Shown here piece after piece: positions 1-9,310 of a stretch of 64,000 nucleotides of DNA. The notes below the pieces were generated by a model. It worked only from the letters and a program-made list of their open reading frames with translations, made no database searches and was not told the DNA's origin. How positions within the stretch are numbered: position 1 is the stretch's first letter; each line of letters begins with the position of its first letter. Made by a program: the position numbers and the translations under genes. Origin of the DNA: an uncultured Clostridia bacterium (GTDB taxonomy: Bacteria; Bacillota; Clostridia; Christensenellales; UBA1242); the NCBI GenBank assembly GCA_944384415.1, contig CALWTF010000005.1:12890-76889 (forward strand), written 5' to 3'.

Positions 1-1545
1 GGTGTTCTTTTAGTTGTTGATGCTTATGAAGGACCTATGCCACAAACAAGATTTGTTTTACAAAAAGCTTTATCATTGAATTTGAAAGTTATTGTAGTAA
101 TAAACAAAATTGATAGACCTGATTCAAGAATTAAAGAAGTACAAGATGAGGTTTTAGAATTACTTATGGATTTGGATGCTACTGATGAGCAGTTAGAATC
201 TCCTTTTGTATATTGTTCTGCACGAAATGGAACTTCAAGCTTAGATGTAAATAATGCAGGAACCGATATGAAGCCTTTATTTGATACAATTTTAAAACAT
301 ATTTCTGCACCATTTGGAGATGAAACTAAACCTTTTAAAATGCTTGTGTCAAGTGCTGAACACAATGATTATGTGGGAAGATTAGCAATTGGGAAAATTG
401 AACAAGGTGAATGTAAGGTAGGAGATTCAATTATTGTTTGTAATTATCACGAAGAAAAAAATATTAGAGGAAAAATAGTTCAACTTTTTGAATATCAAGG
501 TTTAAAAAGAGTACCTTGTGAAAATGGAAAAATAGGGGATATAGTTTGTATTGCTGGTGTAGGAGAAGCCAAAATTGGCGATACATTATGTAATCCTAGT
601 GATGTTACACCTATTGAATTTGTAAAAATTGAAAAACCAAGTGTCGAAATGACTTTTATGGTTAATAGTAGTCCATTTGCAGGAAAAGAAGGAAAATTTG
701 TTACAAGTCGTCATTTGCGTGATAGGCTTTATAAAGAAGCAATAAAAGATTTATCATTGGAAGTTTATGATACAGAAAGTGCAGATGCTTTTAGGGTGTG
801 TGGTCGTGGCGAAATGCACCTTTCAATTTTAATTGAAAATATGCGCCGTGATGGTTATGAATTTCAAGTAAGTATGCCTAAGGTTATGTTCCGTGAAATC
901 AATGGTAAAAAATGTGAACCAATTGACAAACTTATAGTAGATGTTCCTGAGGATTGTATGGGAACAGTTATGGGTAAAATGGGGCAAAGAAAGGGTGAAC
1001 TAGTTCAAATGACAACACATAATTCACGAACGAAAATGGAATTTTTAATACCAACACGAGGTTTATTTGGTTTTAAATCTGAATTTTTAACTGATACTCG
1101 AGGTGAAGGTGTTTTAAATAGCGTGTTTTATGAATATCAACCATACAAAGGTGATATTGAACACCGTGAATTTGGTTCTTTAATATCTTTTGAAAATGGT
1201 GAATCTACTTCATATGGTTTATATTATGCTCAAGAACGCGGTGATTTGTTTATTGGACCTAATACTCCTGTTTATGGTGGAATGGTTGTTGGTCAAAATC
1301 CAAAGGGTAATGATTTGGTGATTAATGTATGCAAAACTAAACATTTAACTAATTGCAGAAGTTCTGGTGCCGATGATGCATTAAGATTAGTTCCACCTAA
1401 AATTTTAAGTTTAGAAGATTGTATTGAGTTTTTAAATGATGATGAGTACCTAGAAGTTACTCCAAAAAGTATTCGTATTAGAAAATCAATATTAGACCAC
1501 CGTTTACGAGCAAAAGCAGGTTATCGTTCTGAAGAACAAGCTTAA
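1..1545 (+). CDS. typA: GTP-binding translation factor TypA/BipA (5' end cut by window edge)
   Basis: Frame 1 is open from nt 1 (GVLLVVDAYEGPMPQTRFVL...), so the ORF-track Met at 37 is internal. It has the G4 motif VVINKIDRP, a translational-GTPase domain layout, and the C-terminal ...YLEVTPKSIRIRK typical of BipA. Confidence 0.93.
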   Translation, partial: GVLLVVDAYEGPMPQTRFVLQKALSLNLKVIVVINKIDRPDSRIKEVQDEVLELLMDLDATDEQLESPFVYCSARNGTSSLDVNNAGTDMKPLFDTILKHISAPFGDETKPFKMLVSSAEHNDYVGRLAIGKIEQGECKVGDSIIVCNYHEEKNIRGKIVQLFEYQGLKRVPCENGKIGDIVCIAGVGEAKIGDTLCNPSDVTPIEFVKIEKPSVEMTFMVNSSPFAGKEGKFVTSRHLRDRLYKEAIKDLSLEVYDTESADAFRVCGRGEMHLSILIENMRRDGYEFQVSMPKVMFREINGKKCEPIDKLIVDVPEDCMGTVMGKMGQRKGELVQMTTHNSRTKMEFLIPTRGLFGFKSEFLTDTRGEGVLNSVFYEYQPYKGDIEHREFGSLISFENGESTSYGLYYAQERGDLFIGPNTPVYGGMVVGQNPKGNDLVINVCKTKHLTNCRSSGADDALRLVPPKILSLEDCIEFLNDDEYLEVTPKSIRIRKSILDHRLRAKAGYRSEEQA

Positions 1546-1571
1546 AATATCCCTTGTGGGATATTTTTTTT
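1545..1571 (+). terminator. Rho-independent terminator after typA
   Basis: Hairpin aaatatccc-ttgt-gggatattt followed by a T-run. Confidence 0.75.
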
Positions 1572-1629
1572 ATTAAAAACTTTGATTTTTATTTTAAATT
1601 TTATATAATTGTTAAACAAGGGGTAAAAT

Positions 1630-2127
1630 ATGAAAAATAAAAATCAAGAAGAAATTGAAAAAATTTCAGTAAAAATTTCAAAAATTGAACAAGCATATTC
1701 TAATTATTCATATCAAGATAAAAAAATATTAAATTCTAAACTTGCTGATTATATAAACGAAAGTGAAAAGGGTATAAAAAGTAAAAAATTAGAATTAGAT
1801 ATAAAATTTGATAATAAAATTACAGAAGATGAAAAAATAGAATTTGCAAATACAATTAGAAGTTATTATTCAAATCAATATCAAGAAATTAACAAAACCA
1901 TATTGATGTATGATTTAGTGTCAATTTTTCTTATATTAGTTGGTATGTTATTTTTGGTTTTGCATATTTTTAGCAGTGAATATATATTTTTAGAAAAGAT
2001 GTTAGAAATAGCAGCTTGGGTTTTTGTTTGGGAATTTATTCATATAACAGTGTTTAAAAGAACTTTGAAAGTTATTGATAGGAAAAAAATAAAAAAAATT
2101 TTAGATGCTAAAATAGACTTTAAGTAA
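1630..2127 (+). CDS. Hypothetical membrane protein (165 aa)
   Basis: GGGG-type RBS (aaggggtaaaatATG). K/E-rich N-terminal half, then two hydrophobic segments (LVSIFLILVGMLFLVLHIF; IAAWVFVWEFIHITVF). No family recognised. Confidence 0.6.
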   Translation: MKNKNQEEIEKISVKISKIEQAYSNYSYQDKKILNSKLADYINESEKGIKSKKLELDIKFDNKITEDEKIEFANTIRSYYSNQYQEINKTILMYDLVSIFLILVGMLFLVLHIFSSEYIFLEKMLEIAAWVFVWEFIHITVFKRTLKVIDRKKIKKILDAKIDFK

Positions 2128-2132
2128 CCATA

Positions 2133-2161
2133 TTGACACTTGTTTAAATTGATGATAATAT
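2133..2161 (+). promoter_or_regulatory. Sigma-A-type promoter for tRNA-Leu
   Basis: TTGACA (2133-2138), 17-nt spacer, TAATAT (2156-2161) preceded by TGa (extended -10). It lies about 30 nt upstream of the tRNA. Confidence 0.55.
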
Positions 2162-2189
2162 ATTAAAAGGCAAGTTAAATGTCTTTTAT

Positions 2190-2276
2190 GTCGGAGTGGC
2201 GGAATTGGCAGACGCGTCAGGTTCAGGTCCTGATGAACGCAAGTTCGTGGGGGTTCAAATCCCTTCTTCGACACCA
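2190..2276 (+). tRNA. tRNA-Leu (anticodon CAG), CCA encoded
   Basis: Acceptor stem GTCGGAG/CTTCGAC (one G-U pair). Anticodon arm tcagg-TT[CAG]GT-cctga. Long variable arm gaac-gcaa-gttc (class II). T-loop TTCAAAT and 3' ACCA. Confidence 0.92.
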
Positions 2277-2298
2277 TTTATTCTGTTAATGAAAAGGT

Positions 2299-2336
2299 AA
2301 AATGAACTTTAATTAGTAAAGTTCATTTTTATTTTA
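2299..2336 (+). terminator. Rho-independent terminator after tRNA-Leu
   Basis: Perfect 13-bp stem aaaatgaacttta / taaagttcatttt with a 5-nt loop and a T-rich tail. Confidence 0.8.
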
Positions 2337-2481
2337 ATTTTGTTTTTAATAAAAATTTATTTACTTAATTAATTGCTATATCATTGAAATTTGGAAATTT
2401 TTAAATTTATAAAAAGTAATAATATTAACACTATTTATAATAATTGCATATTTTACTTAAAATGTTTTTGGAGAGTAAAAT

Positions 2482-3549
2482 ATGGCTTATAACTTTGCTG
2501 GTAATTATTTAATAGCGGGAAATGATGAACACGGTATTAATCCGCCAACATTAGGCAAAAGAACGCCTGTTATGCCTTATATTGAGCGTTCTATATACGA
2601 AAATGAATTTAATTTTGCTGCTAAAAATTATTTTTTGGCAGATTGTTTGAGAATAGGTTTTTATATACTTGATGTAAAACCAAACAGGCAAGATATTTCT
2701 GTATCAGCTAGGGTTGCAATTGTAAATCGTTCTTCACCATCTGCTTTGGTTACATTTGCTTACAATGCATATGGTAACGGTGAAGAGTTTAATAGTGCAA
2801 ATGGATTAGAAGTTTTTTATTCACCTTTAAATTATAAACCTGCAGAAAGTCAAACTTTAGCATATGATGTGTATGATAATGTGTTAGCAGCAACAGGTTC
2901 TAGGGGTAGAGGGGTTAAAACTTTGGATGTGGCAATGTTAAGTTCGGTAAGGACAGTAGCTTGTTTAATTGAAGCTGGATTTATGACAAATTTTGAAGAA
3001 GCAAAAAATATGCTTAATCCAGATTTTCAAAAAAAAGTTGGCACTGCTAGTTGTAAAGGAGTTTGTGAATATTTTAATGTTCGTTATGTACCAATAGAAG
3101 AAATGACTTTTCCTTTATTAAGAAAAGGCTCAACAGGTTCTTTTGTTAGATATCTACAATTTGTTTTACAAGTAAATGGATATAATCCGGGTAGTTATGA
3201 TGGAATTTTTGGCAATTTAACACAAAATGCAGTTTTATCTTTTCAACAAGCCAATGGTTTGGTTGCTGATGGTATTGTAGGACCAAAAACTTGGGAAAAA
3301 ATAAATAACTTAAATCCAGAAAATCGAGTTTTAAAATTAGGAAGTTATGGAGTAGAAGTAAAATACCTGCAACAAAAACTTTTAAGTAAACTATATAATG
3401 TTGGAAATATAGATGGAATTTTTGGTAAACAAACACAAGATGCTGTCAAAGCATTTCAAATGGAAAATGGTTTAATTCCAGATGGTATAGTTGGAGTAAA
3501 CACTTGGAAGGCTTTATTAAATGATAATAACTCAAGGCCTTTACCTTAA
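2482..3549 (+). CDS. Amidase_3-like N-acetylmuramoyl-L-alanine amidase with two C-terminal PG_binding_1 repeats
   Basis: N-terminal half shows an Amidase_3-like pattern (DEHG...YENEF...GLEVFYSP...LIEAGFMTN). C-terminal half has two peptidoglycan-binding repeats (YLQFVLQVNGYNPGSYDGIFGNLTQNAVLSFQQANGLVADGIVGPKTW; YLQQKLL...IDGIFGKQTQDAVKAFQMENGLIPDGIVGVNTW). No signal peptide seen. Confidence 0.75.
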   Translation: MAYNFAGNYLIAGNDEHGINPPTLGKRTPVMPYIERSIYENEFNFAAKNYFLADCLRIGFYILDVKPNRQDISVSARVAIVNRSSPSALVTFAYNAYGNGEEFNSANGLEVFYSPLNYKPAESQTLAYDVYDNVLAATGSRGRGVKTLDVAMLSSVRTVACLIEAGFMTNFEEAKNMLNPDFQKKVGTASCKGVCEYFNVRYVPIEEMTFPLLRKGSTGSFVRYLQFVLQVNGYNPGSYDGIFGNLTQNAVLSFQQANGLVADGIVGPKTWEKINNLNPENRVLKLGSYGVEVKYLQQKLLSKLYNVGNIDGIFGKQTQDAVKAFQMENGLIPDGIVGVNTWKALLNDNNSRPLP

Positions 3550-3571
3550 AAATTGATTTTGGTTTAAAAAT

Positions 3572-3610
3572 AAAAAAGGAACTTGCATAAAAGTGAAAGT
3601 TCCTTTTTTT
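3572..3610. terminator. Bidirectional terminator between convergent amidase and pepF
   Basis: aaaaaggaactt-(12 nt)-aagttccttttt, flanked by an A-run and a T-run. Confidence 0.75.
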
Positions 3611-3617
3611 ATTAATT

Positions 3618-5390
3618 TTAACTTTTTATAAGCTTTGATAGTGAAATAAAATTGTCTTTTATCACATTAAAATTTTTAAATCCTTGTTCATAAAAAGATT
3701 TATTTAAAATATCAATTCCTAATCTTTTTAAAAACTCTGTTGGATATTCGGTTTTACTTCCAGATAAAAATTCAAAATAATTTTGTATTTGTGATTTATC
3801 TTTATTTATTTTTTCTAAAAAATCATAACTAATTAAATACGCTAAGCTATATTGCCAAACATAGTAACTTAAATTATAAAAGTGATAAATATTTTCCCAA
3901 CCTAAAAGCCCCATTGAATCCATATTAGCAAATTTTGTATAAGGTTTTATTCTAACTTCATTCCATTTATCTTGTAAAATTTCTTTACTAAGTATTCCGC
4001 CTTGTTCTATGGTTTTATAACAAAAATCTTCAAATTGAGAAAATTCTATTTGTCGGAACATTGTTGCAACTATATCATTTAAAATTTTATCAATAATTGT
4101 TAATTTTTCAAAGTTATTTTTTGAATTGTTAATTAAATAATTTGTTAATAACAATTCATTAAAAGTACTTGAAACTTCTAATAAAAATATTGGAAAATCT
4201 GAATTTTGCTTTTCTTGTTTGCTGTGCATAATATAAAAATGAATTGCGTGACCAAGTTCGTGTGCAAGTGTATATACTGAATCTAAATTGTTTGTCCAAT
4301 TCATTAGTATAACATAACTTTTACCATAGTTTCCCGAACAATATCCACCAGCTCTTTTATTTGGTTTAGGATAAACATCTATCCAGCGTTCGTTCACAGC
4401 TTTATCAATTAATGAAATATAATCTTTACCTAAAACACTTAGGGCTTTCTTTATTAAGTCTACACCTTCTTCAAAAGTATATGATTTTTGTTTTTTATCA
4501 AGCTCTACAAAAAGGTCATAGTTATATAATGTTTCATATCCAAGCAATAATTTTTTAGTTTTATAATAATCTTCTAAAAAATCTTTATTTTTTATTGTTT
4601 CTTCTATAATATAATCATATATTTTTTTATCTAGTTTATAGTTAGAGAAATAAACATCTTGAACTGAATTATATTTTTTTATCTTAGCTAATGTTACTTG
4701 ACTTTTAATATAATAAATAAAGTTTTGAGCCATAGAATTTCCATATTTTTCTTTTGCACTTTTTATTGCATTTGAAACATTTTTTCTTAAAACCCTATCG
4801 GGGTTTGTGCTAAAACTGCTTGCATTGCCTGCAGTAATTTTGTGCGGTTTATTGTTACTATCTAAGGCTTCTCCATAATCTATATCTGAATTAAAACAAC
4901 TTTTTTGTATGCTATTAAAACCTGTAGTTACATTATTAAATTGTGCAATAATATTCTCTTCATTTTCACTTAATGTGTGGTCATTAGTTAATATATAATT
5001 ATCTAAAGTTTTTTGCCAATCATCAAACATAGATAGCTTTTTTAAACTTAACAAATATTCATTACCCAGTGCTTTTATTTCTGGTTGTGCAAAACTAATT
5101 GTTGTTTCAAATTCAGTATCTAAATTATAAACTTTTTGTAAAAGTTCTTGAAAAGTTTTTGATGAAACATTTACATCTAAATTTCCATTAGCAAATATAT
5201 AACAGTATGAAATTTCATTTTCAATTTGAGATTTTGTTTTTAAATAATTTAAAAAATTTTGTGGTTCATTAAGTGTTCCTTTCATTTTTGAAAGGGAGGT
5301 TAAACTTTGTTGTATTTCTGTTATTTTTTTTTCGCAAGATTCAACATCTTTATGAAATTTAGTTAAGTCCCAATTATATTTTTGTTCCAT
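3618..5390 (-). CDS. pepF: Oligoendopeptidase F (M3B metallopeptidase)
   Basis: 590 aa with zinc motif HELGHAIH followed by ...EVSSTFNE. Length and layout are typical of PepF. Confidence 0.88.
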   Translation of the reverse strand: MEQKYNWDLTKFHKDVESCEKKITEIQQSLTSLSKMKGTLNEPQNFLNYLKTKSQIENEISYCYIFANGNLDVNVSSKTFQELLQKVYNLDTEFETTISFAQPEIKALGNEYLLSLKKLSMFDDWQKTLDNYILTNDHTLSENEENIIAQFNNVTTGFNSIQKSCFNSDIDYGEALDSNNKPHKITAGNASSFSTNPDRVLRKNVSNAIKSAKEKYGNSMAQNFIYYIKSQVTLAKIKKYNSVQDVYFSNYKLDKKIYDYIIEETIKNKDFLEDYYKTKKLLLGYETLYNYDLFVELDKKQKSYTFEEGVDLIKKALSVLGKDYISLIDKAVNERWIDVYPKPNKRAGGYCSGNYGKSYVILMNWTNNLDSVYTLAHELGHAIHFYIMHSKQEKQNSDFPIFLLEVSSTFNELLLTNYLINNSKNNFEKLTIIDKILNDIVATMFRQIEFSQFEDFCYKTIEQGGILSKEILQDKWNEVRIKPYTKFANMDSMGLLGWENIYHFYNLSYYVWQYSLAYLISYDFLEKINKDKSQIQNYFEFLSGSKTEYPTEFLKRLGIDILNKSFYEQGFKNFNVIKDNFISLSKLIKS

Positions 5391-5426
5391 TTTACACCTT
5401 TATTATATTTTTAATACTATATAAAT

Positions 5427-5493
5427 AAAATAGTAAACAAATTGATTTTTAAAAGATAATTATGCGCAAAATTTATAATTTGTTTACTATTTT
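5427..5493 (-). terminator. Long inverted repeat (17-bp perfect stem, 33-nt loop), probable terminator of the upstream minus-strand gene
   Basis: aaaatagtaaacaaatt (5427-5443) is the exact reverse complement of aatttgtttactatttt (5477-5493). It lies between the stop at 5527 and the pepF start at 5390. Confidence 0.45.
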
Positions 5494-5526
5494 TAGTGCT
5501 ATGCAAGTAGCATAACAATTCAAAAT

Positions 5527-6366
5527 TTAATTTAAAATTTTTGCAATTTTTCGTGCGGTATTTGCTGCGTGTTTTAAAAACTTTTCTGCATCTTCTCTAA
5601 GTTCTGGATTACTAACTATGTGGTTTCCTTCTTCATCAATATAGTTCATATTTTTAAGTTCAAGCGTTACCGGAACTTTTGGGCATTTTTTTAATTTTCC
5701 TAAAACAACAGACCAATCTATATTTCCTTCAAAAGGTAACAAATGTTCATCAGCTTTTCCATTATTATCGTGCAGGTGAACACAAAAAAGCCTTTTTCCA
5801 AATCTATCTAAAATATCTTTTTCATTGTCAGAGTAAAAGTAATTTTCGTGTCCACTATCATAACATAAACCAACATTAGGACTAATAATATTTTCTAGAA
5901 TATATGTGTCTAAAACATAATTTTCTGTATTTTCAATTGCTAATTTTACATTAAATTTTTCACAGGCTCTTGCTAATCTTTGAAATCTAGGTAAAGCATA
6001 TGGTGTTGGTTCAGTAGGTGATATTGACTTTTTATAGTGAGTGTGTAAAACAAAGGTTTTTACACCAAGCAAAGTACATTGAGCAATTAATCCTATTAAG
6101 TAATCACAATATATATCTCCAGCATTGCCATCTTCCCATAATGTGTTAATTTCTTTTAAATTAGGTAAGTGAATAAATTGAACTTCAATATCATTAGCTC
6201 TACAAAGTTCAATACCTAAACAAATATCTTCAAAAAAAGCTAATCTTTTGCCATATCTTCGCATTGATAAAAAAACTTGGTCAAAACCACATTGTTTGGC
6301 AAGATTTACTCGTTGTACAAATCTTGCTGTGTAACCATAACCAGCTAGGATACAAATTTTTCTCAT
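5527..6366 (-). CDS. Sugar-phosphate isomerase/epimerase (xylose-isomerase-like TIM barrel, AP_endonuc_2 fold)
   Basis: Motifs ...LAIENTE..., CYDSGHEN, VHLHDNNGKADEHLLPFEGNIDW. The preferred start is MRKICILAGYG at 6366 (RBS GGAG; the ATG overlaps the upstream TAA as TAATG) rather than the ORF-track start at 6390. Confidence 0.75.
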   Translation of the reverse strand: MRKICILAGYGYTARFVQRVNLAKQCGFDQVFLSMRRYGKRLAFFEDICLGIELCRANDIEVQFIHLPNLKEINTLWEDGNAGDIYCDYLIGLIAQCTLLGVKTFVLHTHYKKSISPTEPTPYALPRFQRLARACEKFNVKLAIENTENYVLDTYILENIISPNVGLCYDSGHENYFYSDNEKDILDRFGKRLFCVHLHDNNGKADEHLLPFEGNIDWSVVLGKLKKCPKVPVTLELKNMNYIDEEGNHIVSNPELREDAEKFLKHAANTARKIAKILN

Positions 6367-7496
6367 TATTTTAACTCCTTTACATAGCATCTTCTGCGTC
6401 GTAGGTCTTTGGTTTCATATATTTTTTTAAACAATGCTTGAACTTTATAATTGTTTTCAAGTTGAGCATTGCTTTCTGCGTATTTTATACCTCTGTCTAT
6501 AAATCTTTGAAGCATATTGTGAAATATAATTGAAGTTGCTCCTGTCGCTGCATATTTATCTCGAACACATATTAAAGCTAAATCAACAGTATCATTGTGT
6601 TTTAATGCGTGCAAAAGATGAATAAATCCAAATGGGAATAATTTACCTTTTCCTTTTTGAACAGCTTTCGAAAGTGAAGGTAAGGCAAGCCCAAAACCAC
6701 CAACATTATCATCTTTATCTATTAAAACCGAAATAAAATCTGTGTCTAAAATAAGTTTAAATTCTTCAATTATACCTTCTCTTGCATATTTTGATAAAGG
6801 AACAGTTCCATAAAGTTTTCCATATGCTTCATCAACACAATCAAGAATTTGTTCTGCGTATCTTTTGATAAGCTCTTTTTTTGATAAACCTCTAACTTCT
6901 TTTAAACCAGTTCTTCTTTGAACTGCTTCATTTAATCTTGTGTTTCTTTCATCAAGTTTTTCTGGAATTTTTATAACATATTCAATCCAGTCAGCTTCTT
7001 TTTGATATCCATTATTTTCAATTAGTTTTTGATAATATGGATAATTGTATTGCATTTCAAAAGTTGATACATAATCAAAGCCTTCAATTTGTAAACCTTG
7101 TCTTTCCAAATCGTTAAATCCTAAAGGACCGTGGATAGTATCCATTCCTTTTTCTTTTGCCCAATTTTCAATAGCTGTTATAAGTGCAGTTGCAACCTCT
7201 TGGTCATCAATAAAATCAAGACGACTAAATCTTGCTCGTTTGCAATTATGTTTTTTATTGTATTGATGTTGAATAATTCCAGCACCACGACCAACTAATT
7301 TACCATCTTTATAAGCTAAAAAGCACTGTAAATCCGCATCTTCAACTAAATAAGGACTTTTTCCTGGTGTTAAAATATTTATTTCATCACACAAAAGTGG
7401 TGGAACATAATATTTATTTCCTTTATAAAGTTGTGGTTGAAAATTTACAAATGCTTTTATATCTTTTTTTGTTATTGCTTTTTTTATTTCTACCAT
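6366..7496 (-). CDS. GNAT-related N-acetyltransferase-like protein of unknown substrate (376 aa)
   Basis: The N-terminal pattern F..F...LYK......VPPL..D......K.P...........FLA.KDGK.VGR and ...HGPLGFNDLERQGLQIEGFD... matches, from memory, a conserved bacterial family usually annotated as GNAT family N-acetyltransferase. Confidence 0.55.
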   Translation of the reverse strand: MVEIKKAITKKDIKAFVNFQPQLYKGNKYYVPPLLCDEINILTPGKSPYLVEDADLQCFLAYKDGKLVGRGAGIIQHQYNKKHNCKRARFSRLDFIDDQEVATALITAIENWAKEKGMDTIHGPLGFNDLERQGLQIEGFDYVSTFEMQYNYPYYQKLIENNGYQKEADWIEYVIKIPEKLDERNTRLNEAVQRRTGLKEVRGLSKKELIKRYAEQILDCVDEAYGKLYGTVPLSKYAREGIIEEFKLILDTDFISVLIDKDDNVGGFGLALPSLSKAVQKGKGKLFPFGFIHLLHALKHNDTVDLALICVRDKYAATGATSIIFHNMLQRFIDRGIKYAESNAQLENNYKVQALFKKIYETKDLRRRRCYVKELK

Positions 7497-7614
7497 AAAG
7501 AACCTTCTTTTGTCATTATATGTTACTCATTTATATGTATAAAGAACACTCTTTTAGTATATTATAAAAAAAAATTATTTACAAGCAATTTTTATTATGT
7601 GTGATAATAAAAAA

Positions 7615-8100
7615 TTATTTTTTAGTTCTTTCTAAATATGGTACTAACAAGTTTATACATTCTTCTTCTAGCGATTTTGTGTCTCGGGCAAGTTGAAGAA
7701 TTTCAGGTTTTGCTTTGCTACAATCTGCTAATGCTTTTATTAAATCTATTGTTCCAAAAAAATTTCCCATAATCATAAGTTCTGCAAATCTTTGGCTATC
7801 ATCAACACCAAAACTGGCAAATTTTATGTTTAACCACATTTTTAAATTTGTTAAACAACTGTTTTCTTTTATTTCTAATTTGAATTTTTCACTTAAAGTT
7901 TTGCATTTATCTTCCAATTGTTTAAATTTGGTTTTTTGTTCACTTATAAGTGATATAAAATCTGTACTAACAGCTTCTGGAATAAGGTAGTCAATTGAAT
8001 TTATGCCTGTTTGAATGTTTGAATAACAACTTTGCAATAAATCAGTATCAGGTCTTTTTTCATTTTGAATTTCATTTTCTTTTTCATTCATATATTTCAC
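7615..8100 (-). CDS. Hypothetical protein (161 aa), predicted all-helical
   Basis: ORF preceded by an RBS (gaggtgaaatatATG on the minus strand). No motif recognised. Confidence 0.5.
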   Translation of the reverse strand: MKYMNEKENEIQNEKRPDTDLLQSCYSNIQTGINSIDYLIPEAVSTDFISLISEQKTKFKQLEDKCKTLSEKFKLEIKENSCLTNLKMWLNIKFASFGVDDSQRFAELMIMGNFFGTIDLIKALADCSKAKPEILQLARDTKSLEEECINLLVPYLERTKK

Positions 8101-8175
8101 CTCTTAATTTTTTGTTGTAATTAGTATGTGAAAAAAAATTTATTTTATGTAAAATTAGTGTTTTTTAAAAACCCG

Positions 8176-8204
8176 TTGACAAAATACATAAAATGTGATA
8201 ACAT
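8176..8204 (+). promoter_or_regulatory. Sigma-A-type promoter of the rplU operon
   Basis: TTGACA (8176-8181), 17-nt spacer, TAACAT (8199-8204) preceded by TGa (extended -10). Confidence 0.6.
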
Positions 8205-8295
8205 CAAATTGTTATCCGCATGAATTTGGTTTTTAAAATTTGGTTTACCAAATACCTTTATTCAGCGAGGTTGGAAAGAGGAGGGAATTTGTATA
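8205..8295 (+). promoter_or_regulatory. 5' leader of rplU, candidate ribosomal protein L21 leader element
   Basis: About 90-nt untranslated leader between the promoter and the strong RBS (GAGGAGGG). It contains hairpin atttgg-ttta-ccaaat and a duplicated aatttggttt. Firmicutes carry a described L21 leader at this position, but I did not verify the consensus structure. Confidence 0.35.
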
Positions 8296-8610
8296 ATGTA
8301 TGCTATTATTAATGCAGGTGGTAAACAATACAAAGTTAAAGAAGGCGACATTGTTGCAGTTGAAAAATTGGAATTAAATGTTGGCGACAAAATAACTTAT
8401 GAACCATTGTTAATTAGTGATGAAAAAAACAGTAAAATTGGAAATCCAAATGTTGCTGGTGCAAGTGTTGAAGCCGAAATTGTAGAGCATGGAAAAGGCG
8501 ACAAAATTAGAATTGCTGTTTATAAAAAAATGAATGGTCACCACCACGCACAAGGACATCGTCAACCTTACACAAAAATAAAAATTATAAAAATAAATGC
8601 AAATTTATAA
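8296..8610 (+). CDS. rplU: 50S ribosomal protein L21
   Basis: MYAIINAGGKQYKVKEGD... is the canonical L21 N-terminus; 104 aa. Confidence 0.97.
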   Translation: MYAIINAGGKQYKVKEGDIVAVEKLELNVGDKITYEPLLISDEKNSKIGNPNVAGASVEAEIVEHGKGDKIRIAVYKKMNGHHHAQGHRQPYTKIKIIKINANL

Positions 8611-8961
8611 TTGAGGTTGAATTTGACTAAAATTTTAGTTTTTAAAAATAATAACGCTTTTACAAGAATTATTTGCGAAGGTCACACGGGTTATGGTGTA
8701 GAAGGGGAAGATATAGTTTGTGCTGCTTTATCAAGTATAGTACAAACAGCTGCTCTTGGTATGTTAACTGTGGCTTGTGCAAATATCAGTTTAGTTCGAG
8801 ATGAAAAAAAGGGTTATATGGAAATAGTTATTCCTGATGATTTGTCAGAACAAGTTGCGCATGATGTTCAAGTTATATTTAAAACAATGATGTGCGGTGT
8901 ATCTGACCTTTATGAGGAATATAGTGATTTTATTGAATTGGAGGTTAGAGATGTTTATTAA
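8611..8961 (+). CDS. prp: Ribosomal-processing cysteine protease Prp (YsxB family)
   Basis: GHTGYG...[16 protein letters not shown] motif and a position between rplU and rpmA. The real start is probably the TTG at 8623 (GAGG RBS at 8613) rather than the TTG at 8611. Confidence 0.88.
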   Translation: MRLNLTKILVFKNNNAFTRIICEGHTGYGVEGEDIVCAALSSIVQTAALGMLTVACANISLVRDEKKGYMEIVIPDDLSEQVAHDVQVIFKTMMCGVSDLYEEYSDFIELEVRDVY

Positions 8962-9226
8962 TATTCAACTGTTTGCTCACAAGAAAGGGCAAGGTAGCAG
9001 TAAGAATGGAAGAGACAGTGAAGCTAAACGCTTAGGTGTTAAGCGTGGCGATGGTTGTACCGTTCGTGCAGGTGAAATTTTAATTCGTCAGCGTGGAACT
9101 GCTTATCATCCAGGTGCAAATGTTGGGCTTGGTCGCGATTACACTTTGTATGCATTGATTGATGGTGTAGTTAAGTTTGAACGCACTGTTAAAAATGTTC
9201 GCCGTGTAAGTGTATATGCAAAATAA
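8951..9226 (+). CDS. rpmA: 50S ribosomal protein L27 with N-terminal propeptide
   Basis: MFINIQLF|[23 protein letters not shown]... has the Firmicutes-type N-terminal extension cleaved by Prp before AHKKG. ATG at 8951 follows a GGAGGT RBS; the ORF-track start at 8897 is upstream read-through of the frame. Confidence 0.95.
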   Translation: MFINIQLFAHKKGQGSSKNGRDSEAKRLGVKRGDGCTVRAGEILIRQRGTAYHPGANVGLGRDYTLYALIDGVVKFERTVKNVRRVSVYAK

Positions 9227-9228
9227 GT

Positions 9229-9255
9229 AAAGGGTTAGTCCCTTTATTTTTTTTA
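9229..9255 (+). terminator. Rho-independent terminator of the rplU operon
   Basis: aaaggg-ttagt-cccttt followed by a T-run. Confidence 0.75.
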
Positions 9256-9310
9256 TTTACAAAATTGACTTATAAAAAATTTAATGTTAAAATCAATTTA
9301 AGGTATTAAT

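Noticed and set aside
8897-8950. Longer L27 ORF starting at 8897 (109 aa)
   Set aside because: The extra 18 codons overlap prp in another frame and lack an RBS. The ATG at 8951 has a GGAGGT RBS and gives the canonical pro-L27 N-terminus.
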